Below, in pieces: positions 20,598-29,179 of a stretch of 64,000 bases of DNA. Below the pieces are notes generated by a model. The model had not been told where the DNA came from, ran no database searches, and saw nothing but the letters and a program-made list of their open reading frames with translations. Location: IMG/VR virus record IMGVR_UViG_3300042997_002652, positions 202,968 to 266,967 of that record, one strand, 5' to 3'. Within the stretch, counting starts at the first letter, position 1, and every line of letters starts with the position of its first letter. A program made the position numbers and the translations under genes. The stretch is from a virus (lineage: Duplodnaviria > Caudoviricetes).

Positions 20598-21617
20598 ATG
20601 ACTAATAATTTATTTAAAAAAGCAGCAGTTTTTACCGATATTCACTTTGGAAATAAGAGCAACAGCACAATTCACAATCAAGATTGTTTAGACTTTGTTG
20701 AATGGTTCATTCAAAAAGCTAAGCAAGAGGGTTGTGAAACTTGTTTTTTCTTGGGTGATTGGAATCATCATAGAGCAAGTATCAACATTCAAACGCTACA
20801 GTTTGGCTTAAAAGCATTAGAGAAAATGAACGATGCGTTTGAAAAAGTCTACTTTATTCCAGGCAACCACGATTTATACTACAGAGATCGTAGAGATATT
20901 AGCTCAGTAGAATGGGCTAAACATCTACCCAATATTATAATTGTTAACGATTGGTTCAAGCATGAAGATGTTGTTATTGCTCCTTGGTTGATCGGAGATG
21001 ACTTTAAAAAGCTTTCTAAAATGAAGGGCAAGTATTTGTTTGGACATTTTGAACTACCCAACTTTTTTATGAATGCGGCCGTGCTGATGCCAGATCACGG
21101 AGAAGTTAGTGATACTCATGTAAGTGGGTTTGAAAAAGTATTCTCAGGGCATTTTCACAAGCGACAAGCTAGAAAAAACATTTGGTATATTGGAAATGCA
21201 TTCCCTCACAACTATGCAGATGCTGGTGATGATGCTAGGGGAATGATGATTCTAGAATGGGATCAAGAACCTGAGTTTCATGCTTGGCCTAAACAACCTA
21301 CATTTAGAGTGTATAAGCTAAGTGAAATCTTAGATAACCCTGATGGTTTGCTATTATCTCGCTCACATGTTAGAGTACATCTTGATATTGATATTTCATA
21401 TGAAGAAGCTAACTTTATCAGAGAAACATTGATTCCTCAATATAATTTAAGAGAAATGACTTTGATCCCAATGAAGGGTGACAGTGTTTCACAAGACAAT
21501 GCGCAAACTGAACTAAAATTTGAGTCAGTGGATCAAATTATTTTACAAGAAATCACTAACATTGAAAGTGATTTTTATGATACAAAGACCCTATTAGAGT
21601 TATACAAAAATCTATGA
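20598..21617 (+). CDS. gp47: Recombination nuclease subunit, gp47 (Mre11/SbcD-like)
   Basis: Metallophosphoesterase motifs DIH, GD, PGNHD, GHF, SGHFH. Confidence 0.92.
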   Translation: MTNNLFKKAAVFTDIHFGNKSNSTIHNQDCLDFVEWFIQKAKQEGCETCFFLGDWNHHRASINIQTLQFGLKALEKMNDAFEKVYFIPGNHDLYYRDRRDISSVEWAKHLPNIIIVNDWFKHEDVVIAPWLIGDDFKKLSKMKGKYLFGHFELPNFFMNAAVLMPDHGEVSDTHVSGFEKVFSGHFHKRQARKNIWYIGNAFPHNYADAGDDARGMMILEWDQEPEFHAWPKQPTFRVYKLSEILDNPDGLLLSRSHVRVHLDIDISYEEANFIRETLIPQYNLREMTLIPMKGDSVSQDNAQTELKFESVDQIILQEITNIESDFYDTKTLLELYKNL

Positions 21618-23689
21618 TCGTACTAAAGAATTTAACAATTAGAAATTTTCTTTCTGTTGGAAATGTTACCCAAGCAGTAAACTTTGATAACAAAGACTTA
21701 ACACTTATTCTGGGCGAAAACTTAGACTTAGGGGGCGATGGTGCCAGAAATGGTGTTGGTAAAACAACAATGATTCAAGCAGTATCTTACGCAATGTTTG
21801 GTTCTCCAATTAATAACATCAGAAAAGATAATTTAATTAACCGTACAAATGGAAAGGGTATGTTAGTTACTCTTGACTTTAATGTTAATGGTACTGAGTA
21901 TAAAATAGAGCGCGGTAGAAAGCCCAATCTTTTGAAATTTTACATAGGCGGAGAAGCAGTAAAAGACAGTGAAGACTCTGCACAGGGTGAAAATAAAGAA
22001 ACTCAGGTACAAATAGAAAAAATTATAGGTATGAGCAATGATATGTTTAAACATATTATTGCTTTGAATACTTATACTGAACCGTTTTTGTCTATGAAAG
22101 CAGCAGATCAGCGTGACATTATTGAACAGTTAATGGGTATCACACTGCTATCCGAAAAAGCTGAAAAGCTAAAAATCTTGGCTAAAGAAACAAAAGATCA
22201 AGTACAGTTAGAAGAATTTAAAGTAAAAGCTATTGAAGAAGCCAATAAGCGTGTACAAGAACAAATAGACAGTTTGATACGCAGACAAAAACTTTGGACA
22301 GCTAAGCATGATGAAGATGTAACTAATTTGGCTGTTACATATGATGATCTTAGTAAAATCAATATTGAGCAAGAATTACTAACCCATAAAGAATTGGCTT
22401 TGTATTTTGAGCGTAAGAAAAAACAAGATGCTTATGAAGCATTACTTGCTAGACAAACTGCTTGGAAAGAAAAGAACGAAAGTGAAATTGCTGTTCTTTT
22501 AAAATCCTACGACCAACTAAGTCATATTGATATTAGTGCTGAACTACAAGCACACAAAGATTTAACTAGCCATCAAAAGAAAAAAGCAGAACTAGCTCTT
22601 TTAAACAAAACAATTGTTTCATTACAAACTACACTAGCCAAAGAAGAAAAGCTAGTAGACAAACTATTAAAAGAAGTTGAAACTCTTAAAGATCATAAAT
22701 GCTATGCTTGTGGACAAGATTTACATGATACAAAGCATGATGAAGTTTTAGGTCAGAAAGAAGCTTTGTTAGCATCAGCACAAGGAGATGTTGCCCAAAC
22801 CCAAAATGAATTAGAAAAAAATAAAAATTCTATTTTTGAATTGGGTTTGGAACCTAACACTTATTACGATACTGAAGCAGAAGCGTTTAAGCATAACTCT
22901 GAACTAGAAAGTATCTTAAACATGATTCAAGCTAAGCAAAATGAAACTGATCCATATCAAGAACAAGTTAGTGAACATGTTGTTGAAACTTTAGGTACTA
23001 TGCCCAAAACTCATTACGATACTGAACAAGAAGCTATTGAGCATAAAAGTAAAGTTAGCAATTTGCTAGAACAATTAGAAAAGAAAGCTAACGAAATTGA
23101 CCCTTATATTGATCAAATTGCAGACATGAAAAAAGATGCACTACAAGAAATCAAATTTGATACGATCAATGAACTTAGTAAAAAAGCTGATCATTTGAAG
23201 TTCTTGGTTGAATTGTTAACCAGTAAAGACTCATTTGTTCGTAAAAAGATTATTGATCAGAACTTGTCGTATCTTAACAGCAGATTGACACATTATCTTG
23301 ACAAGATTGGATTGCCTCATCAAGTTGTGTTCAAAAATGACTTGAGTGTAGAGATTACTGAACTTGGTAGAGAGTTAGATTTTCATAATCTTAGCCGCGG
23401 AGAAATGAACAGACTGATATTAGCATTGTCTTGGGCGTTCCGCGATGTATGGGAAAACTTGTACTCTCCAATCAATGTATTGTTTATTGACGAATTGTTA
23501 GACAACGGTACTGATAGTGTTGGTGTTGAAAACTCATTGTCAGTATTAAAAGATATGAACAGAACTAGAAATAAATCTATTTGGTTGATTAGTCATAAAG
23601 ATGATCTAGTCAATCGTGTAACTAGCGTACTGCGAGTAGTTAAAGAAAACGGATTTACAACCTTTGCTACTAGCAGTGAAGATGTATGA
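21614..23689 (+). CDS. gp46: Recombination ATPase subunit, gp46 (Rad50/SbcC-like)
   Basis: Walker A GARNGVGKT, coiled coils, CYAC zinc hook, LSRGE signature, FIDE Walker B, ISH switch. Confidence 0.93.
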   Translation: MIVLKNLTIRNFLSVGNVTQAVNFDNKDLTLILGENLDLGGDGARNGVGKTTMIQAVSYAMFGSPINNIRKDNLINRTNGKGMLVTLDFNVNGTEYKIERGRKPNLLKFYIGGEAVKDSEDSAQGENKETQVQIEKIIGMSNDMFKHIIALNTYTEPFLSMKAADQRDIIEQLMGITLLSEKAEKLKILAKETKDQVQLEEFKVKAIEEANKRVQEQIDSLIRRQKLWTAKHDEDVTNLAVTYDDLSKINIEQELLTHKELALYFERKKKQDAYEALLARQTAWKEKNESEIAVLLKSYDQLSHIDISAELQAHKDLTSHQKKKAELALLNKTIVSLQTTLAKEEKLVDKLLKEVETLKDHKCYACGQDLHDTKHDEVLGQKEALLASAQGDVAQTQNELEKNKNSIFELGLEPNTYYDTEAEAFKHNSELESILNMIQAKQNETDPYQEQVSEHVVETLGTMPKTHYDTEQEAIEHKSKVSNLLEQLEKKANEIDPYIDQIADMKKDALQEIKFDTINELSKKADHLKFLVELLTSKDSFVRKKIIDQNLSYLNSRLTHYLDKIGLPHQVVFKNDLSVEITELGRELDFHNLSRGEMNRLILALSWAFRDVWENLYSPINVLFIDELLDNGTDSVGVENSLSVLKDMNRTRNKSIWLISHKDDLVNRVTSVLRVVKENGFTTFATSSEDV

Positions 23690-23727
23690 AAATAAATTGG
23701 ACAGTTTGAAACACGATAATTAATGAT

Positions 23728-24261
23728 ATGACATCACCACAAAAAGCAAAAGGTAATTCTTGGGAAAGAACAGTCGCTATATATCTTAGCGACTTATATC
23801 AATCCAGCTTTCATAGAATCCCTAATTCAGGAGCTTATGTTGGTGGAAAGAATTCTGTAAGAAAAGAATCTCTTGACACGAACCAAGTAAAGTCTTTTAA
23901 AGGTGATATAGCTGCTCCAGATTCATGGGTTAACTTCAATTGTGAATGTAAATCTTATGGAGACTTCCCGTTTCATCAAGTTCTAGCAGGTAGCTGTAAA
24001 CAACTTGATGGATGGTTAGAACAGTTAATGGCAGTAGCAGATAAAGACGATCTAAACATTTTGTTTGTTAAGATCAATCGCAAAGGTAAGTTTATCGCTG
24101 TTCAAACTAAGTACACATGGGTTACTGACCAGTTTATGTACTATACATCTAAAAATCAGGGTGATTGGATTCTCGTTGACTTTGATCATTTTTTTAATCA
24201 TAATAAAGACCTTCTTAAAGTATATTCAAACTCTAATTCTCAACCCGACACCAAGTCATAA
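23728..24261 (+). CDS. PD-(D/E)xK nuclease, Hjc-type Holliday junction resolvase-like
   Basis: KAKGNSWER..FHRIPNSG..GDI..NCECK matches the Hjc pattern (K-G-x-x-x-E-R, D, E-x-K); follows gp46. Confidence 0.7.
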   Translation: MTSPQKAKGNSWERTVAIYLSDLYQSSFHRIPNSGAYVGGKNSVRKESLDTNQVKSFKGDIAAPDSWVNFNCECKSYGDFPFHQVLAGSCKQLDGWLEQLMAVADKDDLNILFVKINRKGKFIAVQTKYTWVTDQFMYYTSKNQGDWILVDFDHFFNHNKDLLKVYSNSNSQPDTKS

Positions 24262-24270
24262 TTATTAACA

Positions 24271-24750
24271 ATTCGTTTAGTCGGGATAGCCCGACTCTCC
24301 TTGAGACTGCTAGCATAGTGCTATTGCCGTTGGATTCTGGAGTAAGCGTACAATCTAGTAGTAATTGATTGTACGGAACACCGACAGGGCTCTCGTTATG
24401 TGTGCGAACCCTGAATGAGTCTATATTTTATTCTATCTTGCGGATATAGAACATGCGTTGCTGAAGCGATAGTGATTTGTTCACTATTAGTCTTCAACTA
24501 CAGTCCCAGCAAACCTTACAGAGCAACCGGTGGCGTTAGGTAGCTAAACGGCTAACTCTAACGGGGAACAGATGGCAAAGGCGAGAGGCCGCAAGGAATC
24601 TTAACCAGTGGTAGTGCTGTTTAGCACTACCATGGCTTCAAGACTGCAATGATTTAAACCCCAGATATAATTTAATCAATATGATACCGAAATGAGTATG
24701 AGCAAAGCGAATACGAATGAGTGTATCAGTTGTCCGTAAGGACAACTTTT
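24271..24750 (+). ncRNA. Putative large structured non-coding RNA of unknown family
   Basis: The only ~500-nt gene-free gap in the window and visibly richer in G+C than its flanks. About ten stems can be read directly, e.g. AGTCGGG/CCCGACT (24279-24296), CGTACAATC/GATTGTACG (24347-24375), TGGTAGTGCT/AGCACTACCA (24609-24632) and AGTTGTCC-GTAA-GGACAACT (24728-24747). G-U wobbles and a GNRA loop favour the + strand. Confidence 0.75.
24728..24750 (+). terminator. Intrinsic terminator-like hairpin closing the structured element
   Basis: Perfect 8-bp stem with GTAA tetraloop followed by TTT, just before the stop of the converging minus-strand gene. Confidence 0.65.
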
Positions 24751-24758
24751 AATATAGA

Positions 24759-24986
24759 TTAAAAGAATGGAAGTTTAGATTTCTTTGTTGTTTCTAAGTT
24801 GGATTCAATTAGTTCACTTACTAATTTTCTTTCCGGTGCAGATAAATTAAGGGCGTCTGTATATGACAGTCCGCCCCTAGAATACCATGAAAAAGAAAGT
24901 GCTTGTCTTTTTATCTCAATACATTCTTTTTCTAGCTGGTCAATCAGGCTCTTTATATCCTCAGGGGCTAAACTAAGGAGCCTCAT
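24759..24986 (-). CDS. Small protein downstream of gp26 (gp51-like baseplate hub assembly factor by position)
   Basis: 75 aa, ATGA-coupled to gp26; T4 has gp51 next to gp26. Assignment is positional. Confidence 0.5.
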   Translation of the reverse strand: MRLLSLAPEDIKSLIDQLEKECIEIKRQALSFSWYSRGGLSYTDALNLSAPERKLVSELIESNLETTKKSKLPFF

Positions 24987-25816
24987 CCGAAAAAATCGGA
25001 TACATTCAACGTAAATGGTTGTTGATATTGGTGATTACATTCACCGCATTGTAATGCCAAAGGTTTTAAGTTAGTTTTTTCTTTTAAGTTAGCGTTATGC
25101 TCTTTGATTGCATTAAAAGTATCTCTAGAACAGTTTCTTAAAAAGTCTTCAATAAACTCTTTATTATCTACTCTATGCCCATCAGGAGTTTCAACATATT
25201 CTATAGTTTTAGCTATAAGTTTAATTGATAACTCTGTAATAGTTTTTAACCCTTCTTGAGATTTTTGTTCTTTTATTGAAGCATCTTTTTCTTGTTCAAC
25301 GGACAATAGCAACCTTTGTAAATCAAATTGTGCTAAATTAGCTTGATTGATGTCATTATAATCCAAAGGATTAAACTTTAACTTTAGTTCAAGAACTTCT
25401 AATTTTTCTTCATAGTCAGGTGACGTTAGCCCACTTAGTACAAAATTTAGATCAATTGCATAAGTTGCTTTATTCTGGCAAGCAGGGCACTGTGAATCTA
25501 GTTCTAAACTATTTCCAGTAGAAGCTACTTTGATTCCAATCAATATAGTGTCTAAATCAATATTGTTTATTTTCCATGGATCTTTGATATCAGGTATACA
25601 ACTTTTTATAAGATCAACTATTACATTACCGTTAAACAATGCATCGGGTGTTTTTGTAGTAATTTCATCAATCGCTGTCATAGGATAAACAGGTATTTCT
25701 TCTGTTTCTGGATAATTTAAAACATCAGGAGTATAATATTTACCCTTGGATGGTAGCTTGATATAGATAGCTGGTCTTCTAAAGTATTGCTTTAGTGGGT
25801 TATTAGATGTACTCAT
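24983..25816 (-). CDS. gp26: Baseplate hub assembly protein, gp26-like
   Basis: NPLKQYFRRPAIYIKLPSKG..YPMTAIDE..DLDTILIGIKVAS.G..CPAC..CGECNH are gp26-family motifs. Confidence 0.8.
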   Translation of the reverse strand: MSTSNNPLKQYFRRPAIYIKLPSKGKYYTPDVLNYPETEEIPVYPMTAIDEITTKTPDALFNGNVIVDLIKSCIPDIKDPWKINNIDLDTILIGIKVASTGNSLELDSQCPACQNKATYAIDLNFVLSGLTSPDYEEKLEVLELKLKFNPLDYNDINQANLAQFDLQRLLLSVEQEKDASIKEQKSQEGLKTITELSIKLIAKTIEYVETPDGHRVDNKEFIEDFLRNCSRDTFNAIKEHNANLKEKTNLKPLALQCGECNHQYQQPFTLNVSDFFG

Positions 25817-25850
25817 TTGATATCCTCATATTTTGGAGTTATTCATTAAC

Positions 25851-25875
25851 ACTAAATAGTGTTAGTATATTTATG
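25851..25875. promoter_or_regulatory. Divergent late-promoter-like motifs (ACTAAATA on +, CATAAATA on -)
   Basis: Between the divergent gp26 and tape-measure genes; one motif points into each gene. Confidence 0.6.
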
Positions 25876-25901
25876 TACCAAAAATAACCGGAATAAAAAA
25901 A

Positions 25902-28900
25902 ATGGCTTTAAATTTAGATGAATTACAAGATCAAATTAATGAATTTACTCAACAATTAGCCGATGCTAATATAAAAAGAGTTCAAGAGATCCGTACAACT
26001 GGCCAAGTATCCACCCAGCTTGATGACCAAATTAAAGATTTAACTGTTAAATTAAAAAATCTTACTGATACTCAAAAAAAGCTGGATGAGCTAACAAAAA
26101 CTCTTACTACTAGCTTCATGAGTCTTGGATCCACGTTATTAAACGTGTCAAACGATATAACTAAATTTTCTCCTGTAGTTAAGGGTGTAGTAAGTGGCGC
26201 CGGCACATTAGCGTCAGGTTTAGCCAGTGCGTCAAATGCGTCGCCTATATTTGTTAAGTCCATTGAATTTGCTACCAAAGCAGCAGAAATATTTGCAGAT
26301 AGCTTAGTAAAGTACACTGGAACTATCATAAAAACATTTGATTCTGTTGCTACTATAGGGGGAGCAGCAGGATTAACAGCCACTGAGCTAGAGCGTTTAG
26401 GAAGAGAATCAAGATTTTCAGGTGATGATTTACAAGTTTTTGGTGATATAGTAAAAAAGCAAGGTAGCACCTTAGTAGCACTTGGTGGAGGAGTTGCGGG
26501 AGGTGTAGAAGCTTTTGCTAGTTTTGTTCATGTAGGAGAAGATCAACTTAAAAAGTATAGAATGTTGGGTATATCTCAAACACAACTAGCTGAATATCAA
26601 GGTCATTATGCTAGTAGTTTGTTACGAAGTGGTATATCTTTGGATAGAAGTGAGAGCGGACAAAAAAAATTACAAGAAGCCTCACTTCAATATAGAGATG
26701 TTTTGTATGCTTTAAGTACTTTATCAGGAGATACGTTAGAGCAGCAACAAAAAGCTATGGAATTTCAACAACAACATGCTAACTTTCAAGCGTTAATGAC
26801 AGATAGAGATATAGAACTAATAAGAATGGAGGAGGAGTTATCAGCAAAAAAATCTACATTAAGTCAGGAAGAAATAGCAACAAGAGAAGCTGACATCAAT
26901 CGTATGAAACTTGTGAATCAAGTATTAATGATAACAGCAACTAGTATTAGTCCTGAAAAAATGGGTGTCAAACAAGCTGCTGATGCGATGACATCCTTAG
27001 CAACACAAGGCATGGCTTTTACTGAAGGTATAGCTTCTATAGAAATGGGTTTTAATCAAGCTGGATTGTCATTTGTGGGAAATGTTCGTGAGTTATTTAA
27101 CTTTGAGGGATCGTTAGAAGAAGCTGCGGTACTTGTTGCAAATTTCACAAAAGATTTACAAGTTTCATCCGATGCAATAGTAGACAATAGTAACGGTCTT
27201 GCAGCACTTTTAGGACCAGAATATTTAGAAGTATATGGAAGTTCAGTTGAAAGATTGGGAGCATCTGCTGTAACTAGAAGACAAACTGAAGAAGAAAGAT
27301 TAGCTTTGATTACGGCAGCATTCGCAAAGATAACAGAATCAGCAGATGGCACAACAGATCCAGTAATGAATTTGCAATCAGAATTGGAAGAATTGGGTAG
27401 AAACTTTAGAGAAGTAGTATCTACTATTAGTGCAAATGTACTTCCAAGTCTGACTAACTTTGCATCAAAAACACTTGAAACAGGTAATGCTCTTTATGAG
27501 ATAATAACAGGTGTATCTAAAGAAGAACGCAATAATGAAGTATCAGGTGCGGGTATTTCTGGATTAGGAGCAGCAGTAATTGGAGCCTTAGGTGTAATCT
27601 TAGCACCAAAAATAGTAACTAGTCTTGCGAGACGAGTGTTAGGGGGAACACCCGCCGGTACTGCTGCCGCCGGTACTGCTGCTGCTGCCGGTACTGCTGC
27701 TGCTGCCGGTACTTCAACCAGTTCTACAATTCGTCAACAAGTAATGAGATCGGGACAAATAAGACCTACATGGCAAACTGTGTCTAATTCAAATTATACT
27801 CCGCCATCAACACCAAGTCCGACACAGGCAGGATCCTCAAGATTCAGTCAATTCCTTCAAAAGGTAAGCACTAAATTAGGACCTAGAGTAGCTGGAAAAT
27901 TGGCTTTGTCAGCAGGTTTACTAGTTGTGCCGGGCCCTGGTTGGATTATGGCGTTAATTAACTTAGGTCTTAATGCATCTACAGCCTGGGCTGTATACCA
28001 AATTTGGAAAGAATTTAGCGGAAGTAGTGATACTGAAACTCAAGAAGAAGAAGCAGTTACCGGAAACATATCTTCTGCTTTTGGTACCGCGACACAGGAT
28101 TTAGCTCAATCATTATCTCAATTAACCGGTGATGATACAACTGTAGGTAAAATACCTACACTAACAAACTCGTTTGATGATTTAGTATCTACTACTGATT
28201 TACTAATAGAAGCATTTGGATCATTAAGTATAGCAGTTAGATCACCTGACTCTGAAAATACAAATTCTCAAACTACACCTGCTCCGCAAGTTAGTACAGC
28301 AACAGATACAGGAATAACTTCTACTACACCTGCTCCGCAAGTTAGTACAACAACAGATACAGGAATAACTTCTTCTACATCTGCTCCTCAGGTTAGTATA
28401 GCAAGAAATACAGGAACTAATGTATCTGACCAACAAGCAAAAGATTTTATAATAAACAATGAAGGTATAAGATATGAACCATATCAAGATACTTTAGGTA
28501 ATTGGACTGTTGGAGTGGGGCATTTAATCGGTAGTAATTTGCCGCCTGAAATGAACAGAAGATTTAGTCATGATGAAGTAATGGATATGTTTGATCAAGA
28601 TTACATGCATCATAAAACGGCGGCACAGAGCATACCTAGATTTAATCAGTTAGATGGATTAGGGCAAACAGCATTAACAGACTTAACATTTAATATGGGT
28701 CCAAATTGGCTAAGTGGGTGGCCTAACTTATCTAACCAACTTAATGAAGGAGATATAGGTTCTGCTGCTGATAATTTACGAAATAGTAGATGGTATGATC
28801 AGGTAGGCGGAAGAGGGCCAAGAGTTACAAACATGTTAGACTCAGCAACGATATCAGCAGCTACCGGCGGTATAGCATCAGGCCCTGAAACCGGATACTT

Positions 28901-29144
28901 AGGAAAGTTACATGGAACTGAGTTAATACAACCTATTAATTCGGACTCAATACTTTCTAGATTAGCTACTACTCCGGACAATCAACCAACTGAAATTAAC
29001 AATGACTCACAATCAAGATTAGCCGACTTGTACAGATCAAACATGTTATTAGTAGAAACATTAAATTCTAAATTAGACAACATGATTTCTAAATTGGGTG
29101 AAAGTAATTATATTCAAGAAAGAATATTAAGTAATACTGTATAA
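25902..29144 (+). CDS. Tape-measure-like protein with C-terminal T4-type (GH24) lysozyme domain
   Basis: 1080 aa, largely helical and A/G/L-rich with hydrophobic segments. Lysozyme triad E-x8-D-x5-T in NEGIRYEPYQDTLGNWTVGVGH, plus FNMG and SRWYDQVGGR (~28440-28850). Confidence 0.75.
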   Translation: MALNLDELQDQINEFTQQLADANIKRVQEIRTTGQVSTQLDDQIKDLTVKLKNLTDTQKKLDELTKTLTTSFMSLGSTLLNVSNDITKFSPVVKGVVSGAGTLASGLASASNASPIFVKSIEFATKAAEIFADSLVKYTGTIIKTFDSVATIGGAAGLTATELERLGRESRFSGDDLQVFGDIVKKQGSTLVALGGGVAGGVEAFASFVHVGEDQLKKYRMLGISQTQLAEYQGHYASSLLRSGISLDRSESGQKKLQEASLQYRDVLYALSTLSGDTLEQQQKAMEFQQQHANFQALMTDRDIELIRMEEELSAKKSTLSQEEIATREADINRMKLVNQVLMITATSISPEKMGVKQAADAMTSLATQGMAFTEGIASIEMGFNQAGLSFVGNVRELFNFEGSLEEAAVLVANFTKDLQVSSDAIVDNSNGLAALLGPEYLEVYGSSVERLGASAVTRRQTEEERLALITAAFAKITESADGTTDPVMNLQSELEELGRNFREVVSTISANVLPSLTNFASKTLETGNALYEIITGVSKEERNNEVSGAGISGLGAAVIGALGVILAPKIVTSLARRVLGGTPAGTAAAGTAAAAGTAAAAGTSTSSTIRQQVMRSGQIRPTWQTVSNSNYTPPSTPSPTQAGSSRFSQFLQKVSTKLGPRVAGKLALSAGLLVVPGPGWIMALINLGLNASTAWAVYQIWKEFSGSSDTETQEEEAVTGNISSAFGTATQDLAQSLSQLTGDDTTVGKIPTLTNSFDDLVSTTDLLIEAFGSLSIAVRSPDSENTNSQTTPAPQVSTATDTGITSTTPAPQVSTTTDTGITSSTSAPQVSIARNTGTNVSDQQAKDFIINNEGIRYEPYQDTLGNWTVGVGHLIGSNLPPEMNRRFSHDEVMDMFDQDYMHHKTAAQSIPRFNQLDGLGQTALTDLTFNMGPNWLSGWPNLSNQLNEGDIGSAADNLRNSRWYDQVGGRGPRVTNMLDSATISAATGGIASGPETGYLGKLHGTELIQPINSDSILSRLATTPDNQPTEINNDSQSRLADLYRSNMLLVETLNSKLDNMISKLGESNYIQERILSNTV
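27655..27713 (+). repeat. Short GT(A)n coding repeat in the tape-measure-like gene
   Basis: ccggtactgctgc(t/c)gc tandem units encoding GTAAAGTAAAAGTAAAAGT. Confidence 0.85.
28272..28420 (+). repeat. Three 51-bp tandem repeats (TTPAPQVSTxTDTGITS), a linker before the lysozyme domain
   Basis: Units start at 28272, 28323 and 28374; the first two are nearly identical, the third is degenerate. Confidence 0.9.
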
Positions 29145-29147
29145 TAA

Positions 29148-29155
29148 ACTAAATA
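29148..29155 (+). promoter_or_regulatory. Late-promoter-like motif before the portal gene
   Basis: ACTAAATA. Similar motifs at 30964, 31296, 35331, 36130, 37567, 45095, 45510, 51599, 52226, 53555, 58584 and 63033, each just upstream of a gene. Confidence 0.6.
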
Positions 29156-29179
29156 CACTATTAACTAAGTAGATTAATT

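Noticed and set aside
24065-24268. 67-aa alternative-frame ORF overlapping the nuclease 3' end (also 24799-25014)
   Set aside because: Overlaps better-supported genes, has no RBS or motif, and neither extends into the structured region.
24400-24600. RNase P, tmRNA, hammerhead or group II intron reading (AAACC..GAGCAA, CTGAATGAG, GTGCG)
   Set aside because: No GGAAAGUCC/P4 partner, no tRNA-like ends or CCA, no GAAA completing a hammerhead core, no domain V.
24271-24750. Group I intron reading of the structured element (TTGCGG/CCGCAA as P4, AGACTG/CAGTC as P7)
   Set aside because: The pieces are not in canonical order: no CAGTC follows the 3' AGACTG, A-rich J4/5 and J5/4 are missing, and no interrupted gene flanks it. 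Cannot be fully excluded without a covariance-model search.
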